A model generated the notes under the pieces. That model was not told the origin of the DNA, made no database searches, and was given only the letters and a program-made list of their open reading frames with translations. Shown piece after piece: positions 17,801-26,800 of a DNA stretch of 64,000 bases. The stretch lies in the NCBI RefSeq assembly GCF_934202235.1, contig NZ_CAKPXS010000002.1:1173-65172 (forward strand). Reading direction: 5' to 3'. Origin of the DNA: an uncultured Limosilactobacillus sp. (GTDB taxonomy: Bacteria; Bacillota; Bacilli; Lactobacillales; Lactobacillaceae). The position numbers and the translations under genes were made by a program. The number at the start of each line of letters is the position of its first letter. Within the stretch, counting starts at the first letter, position 1.

Positions 17801-18282
17801 ATAGAAATAGCGCTTGTTTATCCACCGCCCTGAAAGGGGAAATGGTTGTTCAAGACTGCAACTAAATAATAACCAGGATTGTTTTTTTGGAGGCCGTCCT
17901 GGTTTTGCTGTTGTGAGGGAAAAGCTCCTACCACTAATTGATTCAATTTGGCAAAATAAAGAGACCGCTACCGTTTGAACTAGCAAACATTAGCGGTCGT
18001 TTTAGTATTGTCGTATTTCGCTTGATGAAAGTTTGCTTGCCCTCAAAGGTCATCAAAGTCAGCTAACGAGTGACCTGATGCTCCGGGAGCATTTGATGTT
18101 CATGCAAATGATTAGTTCTCCACGAACGGATGGGAATGCCCATCTTTTATTTAGGCATGTTCAGAGTGGCAAGAAACTGTCGTTGAGGACGAAAAGAATA
18201 AATACTTTTCTTGACCTGAAGTTAACTTTACCTTCTATACTAAACAAGAACGAAGGATCAAGAGCAAAGGAGCGATTGAAAT

Positions 18283-18759
18283 ATGGCAAAGACGTTGGTT
18301 TTATACTACTCGGCAACTGGTACGACTAAGCGGGTGGCGCAGCAGGTAGCACAAGTGCTCAATGCCGACCTGGCGGAAGTTCACGCTGCTCAGCCATATA
18401 CGACAGCCAGCCTTGACTGGAACGACCCGCAGAGCAGGACGTCACTGGAACAGCATCAGCATGATAGCCGGGTGGCAGTGAAGGACGATTTACCCAACAT
18501 TCGGGATTACGACACCATTGTGATTGGTCACCCTATTTGGTGGGGAATTCCGCCACGGCTGATTGCTGACTTGATTGACCATCTCGACCTAAACGGCAAA
18601 AAGCTCGCCCTCTTGGCTACCTCAGATGGGACTGGTTACGAGCGGTCGCAACGCTTTATTGAGCGCGCGGTTGCTGAAAATAGCTACCAGGTTAAAGTCA
18701 ACCAGGGGGCGGTGCTGAATAATCGCCGACAGGTGGAACAATGGGTGCAGCAGTTTTAG
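18283..18759 (+). CDS. Flavodoxin-like protein
   Basis: 158 aa. MAKTLVLYYSATGTTKRVA is the FMN-binding loop. RBS AAAGGAG. Confidence 0.75.
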   Translation: MAKTLVLYYSATGTTKRVAQQVAQVLNADLAEVHAAQPYTTASLDWNDPQSRTSLEQHQHDSRVAVKDDLPNIRDYDTIVIGHPIWWGIPPRLIADLIDHLDLNGKKLALLATSDGTGYERSQRFIERAVAENSYQVKVNQGAVLNNRRQVEQWVQQF

Positions 18760-18844
18760 CTGCAAGGAAGGGCGAGCAGATTGCTGTTTCTTCTTACAAA
18801 AAGTTAGTATAATCATGATGAATAACTTGTGAGGAGGGACACTG

Positions 18845-19240
18845 ATGAAAAAGCTGACTGTGACGACTGAAGCGCTGGAACGGATTAAGGGCCATTTATC
18901 GCCAACAAAAAAGATTGTTCTCGACTTTGATGACGGCGTTGGCCCATTTTCGGCGATCGGCAACTGCAATCTGGATGCCAATTACCGGCTGATCTTCGTT
19001 AACCATGATGTTGACTTGCCCGATTTTGATGAGGTTGTTAGTTCCAATATTGGCGATATCTATATTAAGAGCGAACTGTACGCGAATGTTCAGTTTGAAC
19101 CAGAGATGGAGTTACGCTTTGACCGGCGGCATTTTGCCTTGCCGCTAGTTAGTCCCAAGGGGGTGCTAACGGAAAACGTGGAGCTTGTCGATATTGACCA
19201 ACCTGTTGATCACCAGTATGCTGGTACCCATGACTGTTAG
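18845..19240 (+). CDS. Hypothetical protein; possibly a HesB/IscA-like Fe-S biogenesis family member (weak)
   Basis: 131 aa with RBS GAGGAGGG. MKKLTVTTEALERIKGHL resembles the N-termini of small Fe-S cluster biosynthesis family proteins of lactobacilli. The assignment is from memory only. Confidence 0.5.
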   Translation: MKKLTVTTEALERIKGHLSPTKKIVLDFDDGVGPFSAIGNCNLDANYRLIFVNHDVDLPDFDEVVSSNIGDIYIKSELYANVQFEPEMELRFDRRHFALPLVSPKGVLTENVELVDIDQPVDHQYAGTHDC

Positions 19241-19267
19241 GGTGTTTCCCAATATTAAGACGAAAAT

Positions 19268-19309
19268 AGCCGCTAATGAACAGGTTGTCCCGACTCATTA
19301 GCGGCTTTT
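19268..19309. terminator. Bidirectional intrinsic terminator between convergent genes
   Basis: Perfect 12-bp stem agccgctaatga / tcattagcggct with a 15-nt loop, TTTT on the plus strand, and a weaker T-tract on the minus strand. Confidence 0.7.
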
Positions 19310-19328
19310 GATCTGGTGGCTAATTTAA

Positions 19329-19886
19329 TTAGTCATCTTGGGTGTTGCTGATGACCTTCTTGTTGTTGGCGTTAACCTTAACGTCGTGTTGCTTGTGACC
19401 GTGGCCAACTTCGATTTCCCAAACTGGCGTCCCGTCATCGTAGCTCAGCGACCAGTTGTGGGCCTTACCAGAGTTAGCAGCCTTTTCTGCGACCTTGGTA
19501 GCCTGTTTGCGGGTAATCAGCTTGTCTAAGTCCAAAGCACTTTCTTGGTCATCATCGTCCAGCTTTTCGCTGCTCTTGTGAATGACCTTGCCAGACTTAG
19601 CGTTGACGTCCATGTTGTGTTCCTTGCTGTTGTCCATCCCCGAAATTTCGTAACGGTAAGAACCGCCCTTCTTTTCGAGTTGAATTTCAGTAACCCGGCT
19701 GTCTTTGAATTCCTTTTTGAACTTCTTGACAGCGTCTTTTTCGGTAATCTTGATTGTATCGGCGTTAGCGGATGCTGTGGTCATTACCAGCGGGCTTGCT
19801 AGGAAGACACCACCCAGTGAACTAGTAGTGATAACCGTCACTGCCAAAGCATTGACGAGCCGTTTTTTAAAAGTTGTTGTTTTCAT
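19329..19886 (-). CDS. Secreted PepSY-domain protein (two PepSY repeats)
   Basis: 185 aa with a signal peptide (MKTTTFKKRLVNALAVTVITTSSLGGVFLASP). Two units of the form ITEKDAVKKF...VTEIQLEKKGGSYRYEI...VNAKSGKVI and ITRKQATKVA...WEIEV...VKVNANNKKVI. Confidence 0.8.
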   Translation of the reverse strand: MKTTTFKKRLVNALAVTVITTSSLGGVFLASPLVMTTASANADTIKITEKDAVKKFKKEFKDSRVTEIQLEKKGGSYRYEISGMDNSKEHNMDVNAKSGKVIHKSSEKLDDDDQESALDLDKLITRKQATKVAEKAANSGKAHNWSLSYDDGTPVWEIEVGHGHKQHDVKVNANNKKVISNTQDD

Positions 19887-20375
19887 AATTTTAATTAACC
19901 TCCTCGTTAACTTTCCGTCTGTGACTTCATTATAACCGTAATTAGTGAAAAATTGGTGAAGTAATTAAGTTTAATTTTTCTAACGTAAATAAAATAATTA
20001 ATATTTCATTTTTGAAAACTGTTATCTTCTTCTTCCTCAACCACTATGAATGATAATGATACACAGAAGCAAGCGGGAAAAATAGGCGGTTTTATCGATA
20101 AAAAATCTCAGAAAATAATTTAGCATATTATAACATTGCTAAGTGTTCTTTTTTAAGGCAATTTTACTCTTTATAGATAAGAGTGTTAAAATAAAAATGT
20201 ATCAGCATAATTGGCTTATCGATAAATAAGAAAGCATTTTGGCTTGTTGTGGTAATAGGCCGACGCTAAATGATCGTCTTGGGCTAAAGCTGACAGTGCT
20301 AATTAGTATATTTATTAAAAGAATGAAGTAACGCTTTCTCGTGAAGTTTGTCTTTTGTTTGGGAGGTAATCAATC

Positions 20376-21956
20376 ATGATGAGGTACAAGCTCTACAAGC
20401 ATAAGAAGCAATGGGTGGTTGGTGCGACAGTGGTTGCGGCATCCCTGGCGTTGATGACACCGGCGGTTCACGCAGCCACGACAGATGATAACGCCGCTGT
20501 TGACACCCCTACTGCGGTAACCAGAACGCCAGCTGCACAGCCAGCAAGCCATGATTCCCAACAAGCGAGTGCGGTAGCAAGCAACCAGCCGGCAACGGAA
20601 GCCGAGGCTAATCATCAACATCCACGCCACCAGCTGCGGGCAACGGTCGAATTGAAGGCAGCTAATGAAAACATTCCTGGCCAGCAAGCCTACGCTGCGG
20701 TAGCGGATACGAATAATCCCCAAACGGAAACGCCTTACGGAACAACGATTAACCCGAATAACTATACCGTTCATATTGGGATTTCTGGTTTGGCCTACAC
20801 TATTCCGCCGTATCATTTAGTCGATGGTGATTTGCGTTTTGCTACCGACCAAGAAGTTGCTCACTTCCCTGGCAATTGGCGCCAACCAGCTTTAGTGAAC
20901 GGGCAGGCTGTCAATGTTGGGACTTATGCCGTTGTCCTTAGCCGGGCCGGCTTTGACCATCTCTTGGCATGGGTCAACGGGATGGAAGAAAATGGTAAGT
21001 GGGTGCCCCAACCAGGAGTTGAGAACATTACCTTTGGGGAGTATAACTTAAACTTCTTGATTGTGATGTGGGAGTCTAATCGGCCATCTTACACGGTCAC
21101 TCCTTATCTCGTGAAGGTAACGGTTACTGGGTCAGCACCACTAGGCACTTCCGGACTAGACTCATCGCAGTACCATGTCCAGTTGGCTAGCAACGGTGAT
21201 GGTCAATCACCGGTTGGTCCTTACCAAACCAGCTTTGACCAGTTCTTCCAGCCGGCTGCAGGTGACTTTCAAGTGAGTGCGACACCGTTGGCCAATGGGT
21301 CATACCGGGTTACACTAACTAACCAGGGTTGGCAGCACGTGCTGGTGGCATTGGAAAAGACCTTTAATAGTTATGGCCACGTGGATCACCAGCCAAACTT
21401 TAGCTGTCAGCCAGCGGATGTGTCGTCTTCGGCAACTGCTTCACTGCCGGAAGATGATGTGAAAACCGTGACGCGGACAATCAAGGTTGAACTTCCGGAT
21501 CAGCAGCCACGAGTCGTTGCTCAAACGGCAACGGTCAGTCGGAAGGCTATTGTCAAGGATGGTCGGCTCGCGTGGGAAGATTGGACAACAGCTACCTGGC
21601 CGCAGTTCACTGCGCCAACGGTTGCTGGATATATTGCCAGCCAAGCAACCGTTCCTGAAGTAGTGGTGACCAACTCGACGAGTGACCAAACCATTATTAT
21701 TAACTATGCAAAGGATGCTTCTGTCACCAAGCGGCCAGTGACTGGCGATAATGGATACTCAGTATCTACTAGATCAACGGCCAGCAGCAGTCAGCGCCTC
21801 CAGAACGAACCAGGACGAGCCGTTACCAACCAGCAAGGCAAGCAATTACCACAAACTGGTGATGCCAAGAATGGCATTGCTGCTCTTGGTCTCGACTTAA
21901 TGGGCTTAACGACTATGCTAGGCTTAGCAAACAAGAAGAAGCACGAGCGTGATTAG
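20376..21956 (+). CDS. LPXTG-anchored surface protein with a KxYKxGKxW-type signal peptide and one Mub-type C-terminal module
   Basis: 526 aa. MMRYKLYKHKKQWVVGATVVAASLAL is the KxYKxGKxW signal class. KTVTRTIKVELPD...WEDWTTATWPQFTAPTVAGYIASQ is the module shared with the other adhesins. LPQTGDAKNG, a hydrophobic stretch and KKKHERD-stop follow. Confidence 0.9.
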   Translation: MMRYKLYKHKKQWVVGATVVAASLALMTPAVHAATTDDNAAVDTPTAVTRTPAAQPASHDSQQASAVASNQPATEAEANHQHPRHQLRATVELKAANENIPGQQAYAAVADTNNPQTETPYGTTINPNNYTVHIGISGLAYTIPPYHLVDGDLRFATDQEVAHFPGNWRQPALVNGQAVNVGTYAVVLSRAGFDHLLAWVNGMEENGKWVPQPGVENITFGEYNLNFLIVMWESNRPSYTVTPYLVKVTVTGSAPLGTSGLDSSQYHVQLASNGDGQSPVGPYQTSFDQFFQPAAGDFQVSATPLANGSYRVTLTNQGWQHVLVALEKTFNSYGHVDHQPNFSCQPADVSSSATASLPEDDVKTVTRTIKVELPDQQPRVVAQTATVSRKAIVKDGRLAWEDWTTATWPQFTAPTVAGYIASQATVPEVVVTNSTSDQTIIINYAKDASVTKRPVTGDNGYSVSTRSTASSSQRLQNEPGRAVTNQQGKQLPQTGDAKNGIAALGLDLMGLTTMLGLANKKKHERD

Positions 21957-21997
21957 TTAACTGATTATTGTTAACTTGATTATTGCTTGAGACAAAT

Positions 21998-22040
21998 AAA
22001 GGGAGAACCAACCCATATGGATTGTTTCTCCCTTTTCTTA
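21998..22040. terminator. Bidirectional terminator between convergent genes
   Basis: Stem aaagggagaa / ttctcccttt with flanking T-runs on both strands. Confidence 0.6.
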
Positions 22041-22061
22041 TTAGTTAACTAACGAGATGAG

Positions 22062-23666
22062 TTATGACTTTTGAGCTTGTTCAAATTGTTGGTGGTAGTC
22101 AGCTAGCAATTCCAAGACGTGCTGACCAATTACCTGGTAGTCCTTGGTTGGCAGGTTGGCTTCAGAAACCCGCAGTTCACCGGGCTTAGTCCCAAACCCA
22201 ACACCGTCAACGAGGACGACGCTGCTTTTCTCTGCTAATTTTAAGAGGAAGTCAACTTGTTCAAAGTTGTCTGCCAGGTATTCGCGGAACTGGTGACCAT
22301 AGCGTTGTTCTGCCAGTCCGTAAATATCAATTAGTGAGTAGTAATGAGTGTTGGAGTCACTCTCGTCTTTTGGTGCGCCCATGGCGTTATGCAATTTCTC
22401 GTAACGAGCGGAGATCAATTGACGAGTTTGGTCGATGTAGGAATCCGAACCGCCATCGTGGTCTTGCGTTATCAGGTGGCTCATGGCAAAGAGAACGGCC
22501 ATGATCTGCTGTGGCGTCGATAGTCCCGCCGTGTGATAGAGACCAATGGACCGGCTATCCGCGCAGAGGCGGTCGATAAACTTCATTTTATCAGGATGGA
22601 GCACGACTGACCGGTACCGTTGTTGCAACTGCTGTTGAAGGTACTGTGGTAGCCGGGTAATTGTATCGTCAAAAACGTTTTCCTTATTGAGAGCAACTAA
22701 GCCTAGCCGCCAACCGGTACAGCCATACAACTTGGAAAAGGAATAGACCAGCATGGTGTTATGCGGTGCCGCTTGGTAAACACTATGGAAGTGAGGGACA
22801 AACGTTCCGTAGACTTCATCGCTAATGATCATTAAGTCGGGGCGTTTGCGGACAACGTCACGAATAGCTGCTAAGTCCTTCTCGTTGAATGCTTTGGAAC
22901 CCGGGTTGGTGGGATTGACAACGATAAAGGCCTTGATCGCCGGGTCAGTGAGTTTCTCAATTTCCCGCGGGTTGACTTCCCAGTTATTTTTTTCGTAGGA
23001 ACGAATATCGACTTCCACCAGCTCATAGTCGTTTAAGACCGGGATCTGGAGGTAGGGCGGGAAAATTGGCGTATTAATGGCAATTTTATCGCCTGCTGAC
23101 AAAAGATGATTTTCCTTCAACGAATTAAAGGCGTAAGCGATTGCTGCCGTGGCACCTTCAGTGGGGAAAAGTTGGGTTTGGTTAAGCAGTTGATCATCAT
23201 GGTAGGCAATACTTTTCAAGTAGTGATTAAGAATTACTTCGGTCAGCGAAAGGCAGCGGTCAGGGTCGGGGTAGTCGTTACCCAAAATACCGTTAACCCA
23301 TTCGGCCACTAACTCGTCGCCTGATAGCTGGTAGTGACGGTGACAGTAGTCAATTGCTGTGATGATAAAGCGGTCTTCAGAACGGTTCTCTGGCTGCAGG
23401 AAGTGCTTCAACCGCTGAAAAACACCAGTAGTTTCCAGGTAACCAGCCATCTGGCCCTGGTCCATGGCCCGGCGAGAATCATGGACCCCAAATTGTGTCA
23501 GCCGGGCAAAGGCAAGTCGCGACTGCGTTTGAATCCAGTTCGGGTTTCCCCGGCCGGCATTTAAGAAGTTATTGCCGTGTTCGTTTTGTTTGGCAATTTC
23601 CTTCATCTCGGAGCTGATTTCAAAGGCCCCCAGCTTCTCTAAGGCTTGTTCGTTATCGTTTTTCAT
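22062..23666 (-). CDS. aspD: Aspartate 4-decarboxylase (bifunctional aspartate aminotransferase / L-aspartate beta-decarboxylase)
   Basis: About 534 aa from ATG 23666 (RBS AGGAGG). Long collinear similarity, from memory, to AsdA/AspD: NAGRGNPNW, GILGNDYP, PTEGATAAIAYAF, NPTNP, LVYSFSKLYGCTGWRLG (PLP-Lys), KFIDRLCADSRS, HTAGLSTPQQ. Confidence 0.9.
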   Translation of the reverse strand: MKNDNEQALEKLGAFEISSEMKEIAKQNEHGNNFLNAGRGNPNWIQTQSRLAFARLTQFGVHDSRRAMDQGQMAGYLETTGVFQRLKHFLQPENRSEDRFIITAIDYCHRHYQLSGDELVAEWVNGILGNDYPDPDRCLSLTEVILNHYLKSIAYHDDQLLNQTQLFPTEGATAAIAYAFNSLKENHLLSAGDKIAINTPIFPPYLQIPVLNDYELVEVDIRSYEKNNWEVNPREIEKLTDPAIKAFIVVNPTNPGSKAFNEKDLAAIRDVVRKRPDLMIISDEVYGTFVPHFHSVYQAAPHNTMLVYSFSKLYGCTGWRLGLVALNKENVFDDTITRLPQYLQQQLQQRYRSVVLHPDKMKFIDRLCADSRSIGLYHTAGLSTPQQIMAVLFAMSHLITQDHDGGSDSYIDQTRQLISARYEKLHNAMGAPKDESDSNTHYYSLIDIYGLAEQRYGHQFREYLADNFEQVDFLLKLAEKSSVVLVDGVGFGTKPGELRVSEANLPTKDYQVIGQHVLELLADYHQQFEQAQKS

Positions 23667-23845
23667 GGTAGCCCTCCTCTTGCTGTGGTCCACAACTATC
23701 TCCTTCTATAATAACATTTTCGTTCGCCTGGGAGCTGTAATCAACTGTCACAACATTTTAATATGCTTGTCGGTGATTTATTGATAAAATACCTATACTA
23801 TGTGTTTGTCATCAAAAAAATAATATTAATTAGGGAGGAACGACC

Positions 23846-26800
23846 GTGGGAAAGAATAATCTGCAGATTGTAAGACGGAAGACTGTTAGTCAACGGCAGC
23901 GTTTTGGCTTACGGAAACTCGGTGTGGGGGTTGCATCAGTGATGCTGGGGGTAACCTTCTTTGCCGGGCAGGGCTTAGTGGCCCATGCGGATAGTAATAC
24001 TACTACTGACCAGGCCACAGTGGCTGCCAACAGTAGTGTGTTAACGCAGTCTGGGACTTCTGATAAGACAAGCCACCAAGGAGGGACAACAGCCCAAACT
24101 GACCAGGAAGTATCAGCAAAGAGCACGGGTGGCGGTATTGTGGGCTTAACACGATCTACCAGTACTGTTGAAAATAGTAGCACCGCAACTGCTCCGGCAA
24201 TATCAACCACTGGTGACCACAGGATTTCATCCGCACCAAATACTTCTTCAACTAATGATCAAGCAACAGCTTCGGCACTTGTTCATGATGAAGCTAAATT
24301 AACGCTTAATTTTAAAGATAATGTTAATCCGGATAATCACTTCGCGGCGGTGACGATCAGCGGACAGCTTGGTAAAGACGTGGCTGACCAGTTAATTCAA
24401 GCTATTCGTCAAAAGGAAGCCCAGCATTACGTCTATGATGGGGATGATGGCAAATTATTCTACTATGACTATGGGGATAAGTGTGCCGCTCTGAACAAGA
24501 GTGAGGTCACTTTAAACCAGGCGCACCAAACCGTGACGATCTCACTGGGGCATCATTATAAGTGGGTTTATCATAACCAGCCGACAAACCAACCCGGCTT
24601 AACTAAAGATGATTTGAACCACACGTATATGCAAACAATCAACTATGTTTACCCTGATAGTTCTCAAAACAAGACGGTAGTGAATACATTAACCGCCTAT
24701 CGTAGTGCCAAGGTGGACGAAACTACTGGTGAAATCAGTTATGACAAGTGGACTTACACTGATTACAAGAACGAATGGCCAGAGATTGTCCTACCTTCAG
24801 CTTCCGGAAAGGCTTACCTCGATCCAGCTGGCTGGCATTACTATGACCCAGACAACTATTCGCCAACGAAGGTGCGTTATGAGCCGGTTTGGTATGAAGA
24901 CGAAAACGCTGATGGGCAGAAGATCCTTCGTGGTCGGAAGTGCGATGGCCATGATGTCACGATCAATGCTTACCTCGGCAATATTACTTACCACCTCAAG
25001 TATGTTAATGCGTTGACGGGGCAGACCTTAGCAGTCCCGACGAAACATAAGGACGACGTCACGGATGGTCGTGGCAACTATGATGTTCAGTTTGGCCTGA
25101 ACGCTGCTGAGACCACCATTGGCCAGTTCCAGTCTTCACAGTTAAATGGGCCCTTTATTGCATCGATTCCTGGCTACAAATTTGTCGAGGGTGATTTAAC
25201 CGGTACTGACATTAAAGGTGACTACAACGTCCTAAAGGACCAACAGATCGGGTCAACTGACCGGACACTGGTTCTCAAGTATGCACCGTTATCACCAATT
25301 GAAATTCAGTTTGTCGATCAGGACCGTAATCAGGTATTAAAGAAGATTACGATGCCAACTACTGATGCGTTGCCAGGAACAGTGGGCGACGCGGAAAAGA
25401 TTGGACCGTACAATTACGAGACTCATCAGCTGGATGACATTCCAGGTTATGAGTACACTGGTAAACATTCCGCTAACGTTGATGGCTTTGTCGGTCAAAT
25501 CCAAACCAAGGATAGCAAAAACCCAATTGTGGTGAAATATTACTACCAAGAAATTCCTGGGCAAAGCAAGGTTGCTGAATATACTCGGAAGTCACTCGAA
25601 GTTCCATATTTAGATGATTCATGGGTACCAACGCTGAATGAACGTTATGATGGGGACCCGATTGACTATACCGGTGTCGATCAGGGGGTTAAGGACCATT
25701 CCGAGAAGACGGGGTTCGAGTTTATCGGCGCCCTCAACAGCAAGGATGGTCGTTATTCTTCGAAAACGAAGACGATTTTGACCTACGTCTTTACGCCGCG
25801 CCAAAAAGTCACGGTCAACTACATTAACCTATTGACTGGCAAAAAAATGACGGAAGCTAATGGTGCGGACTCGACGGTGATGCTGACACCAACCGCGGCT
25901 GATGACAATCATGACTGGCAGTGGACTAGTGATCAGAAGGCATTTGCTGGCTATCATTTTGTATCAGTTGACCGTTCAACTAGTGGCAAGTATGGTTTCT
26001 TGGAACAAGAGGTCAACTACTACTACCTGCCGGTTGCCAAGCAAGAAACTGACCAGAAGACCGCCAAGCGGATTATTCACTTTGTGACTAACCGTCCACA
26101 GCACGAGTCGCTTCAAGACAACCAAACACAGGTCATTAACTACACGACCACTTACTACACCTACAATGGTAAACTCGTCAACGTGAAGGCAGTGCAGCAG
26201 GATGGGAAGACTATCTACGTGGTGGACCCCGCTAACCAGGAAACTCCGCAGAAGGTTTGGCATGTGGCCACAGGTGGTAACCAAGGAGTCGTCGTTAGTG
26301 GTGACGGGGACAGCTACCAGCAGGTTCAACAGGACCAGGTTGATGTTACTGGTGGGGCCTTGAAAGGTCACTGGGTTATCGAAAAGGCGGCCCAGGAAAC
26401 CGTTGATGGCCCAGTAATTACCACGAACGATGCACCGCAAGAACAGATTAGTAGTGACATTGCCAACGGCACCGTTGAAAATGTTTACCTGATTTATGAC
26501 TTGACCAACAGCCATGATGAACAAATGACCTTTACCCGCCAGGTTAACTACCGGGGAACAAAAGATGGCGGACAAAGCTACCAGGATGTCAATGGTTCAC
26601 CGGACGGTAAGAGCCATTATCAGCAAACGCTGACCTTTACCCGTCACGTGGTGCAAAATTCGCGCAATGAAGTCATTTCTACTAGTGAATGGGTCCCGCA
26701 GACAAGTAACGAATTAGCCACCGTTGTTTCTCAGCGGCCATCCCAGGTGGGATATGACATGGTGGATGTCGATCGGGTTGACGCGAAAACTATTAACCCG

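Noticed and set aside
18033-18329. A 98-aa ORF running into the flavodoxin start.
   Set aside because: It has no RBS and a low-complexity basic sequence. It overlaps the well-supported flavodoxin start at 18283 in another frame.
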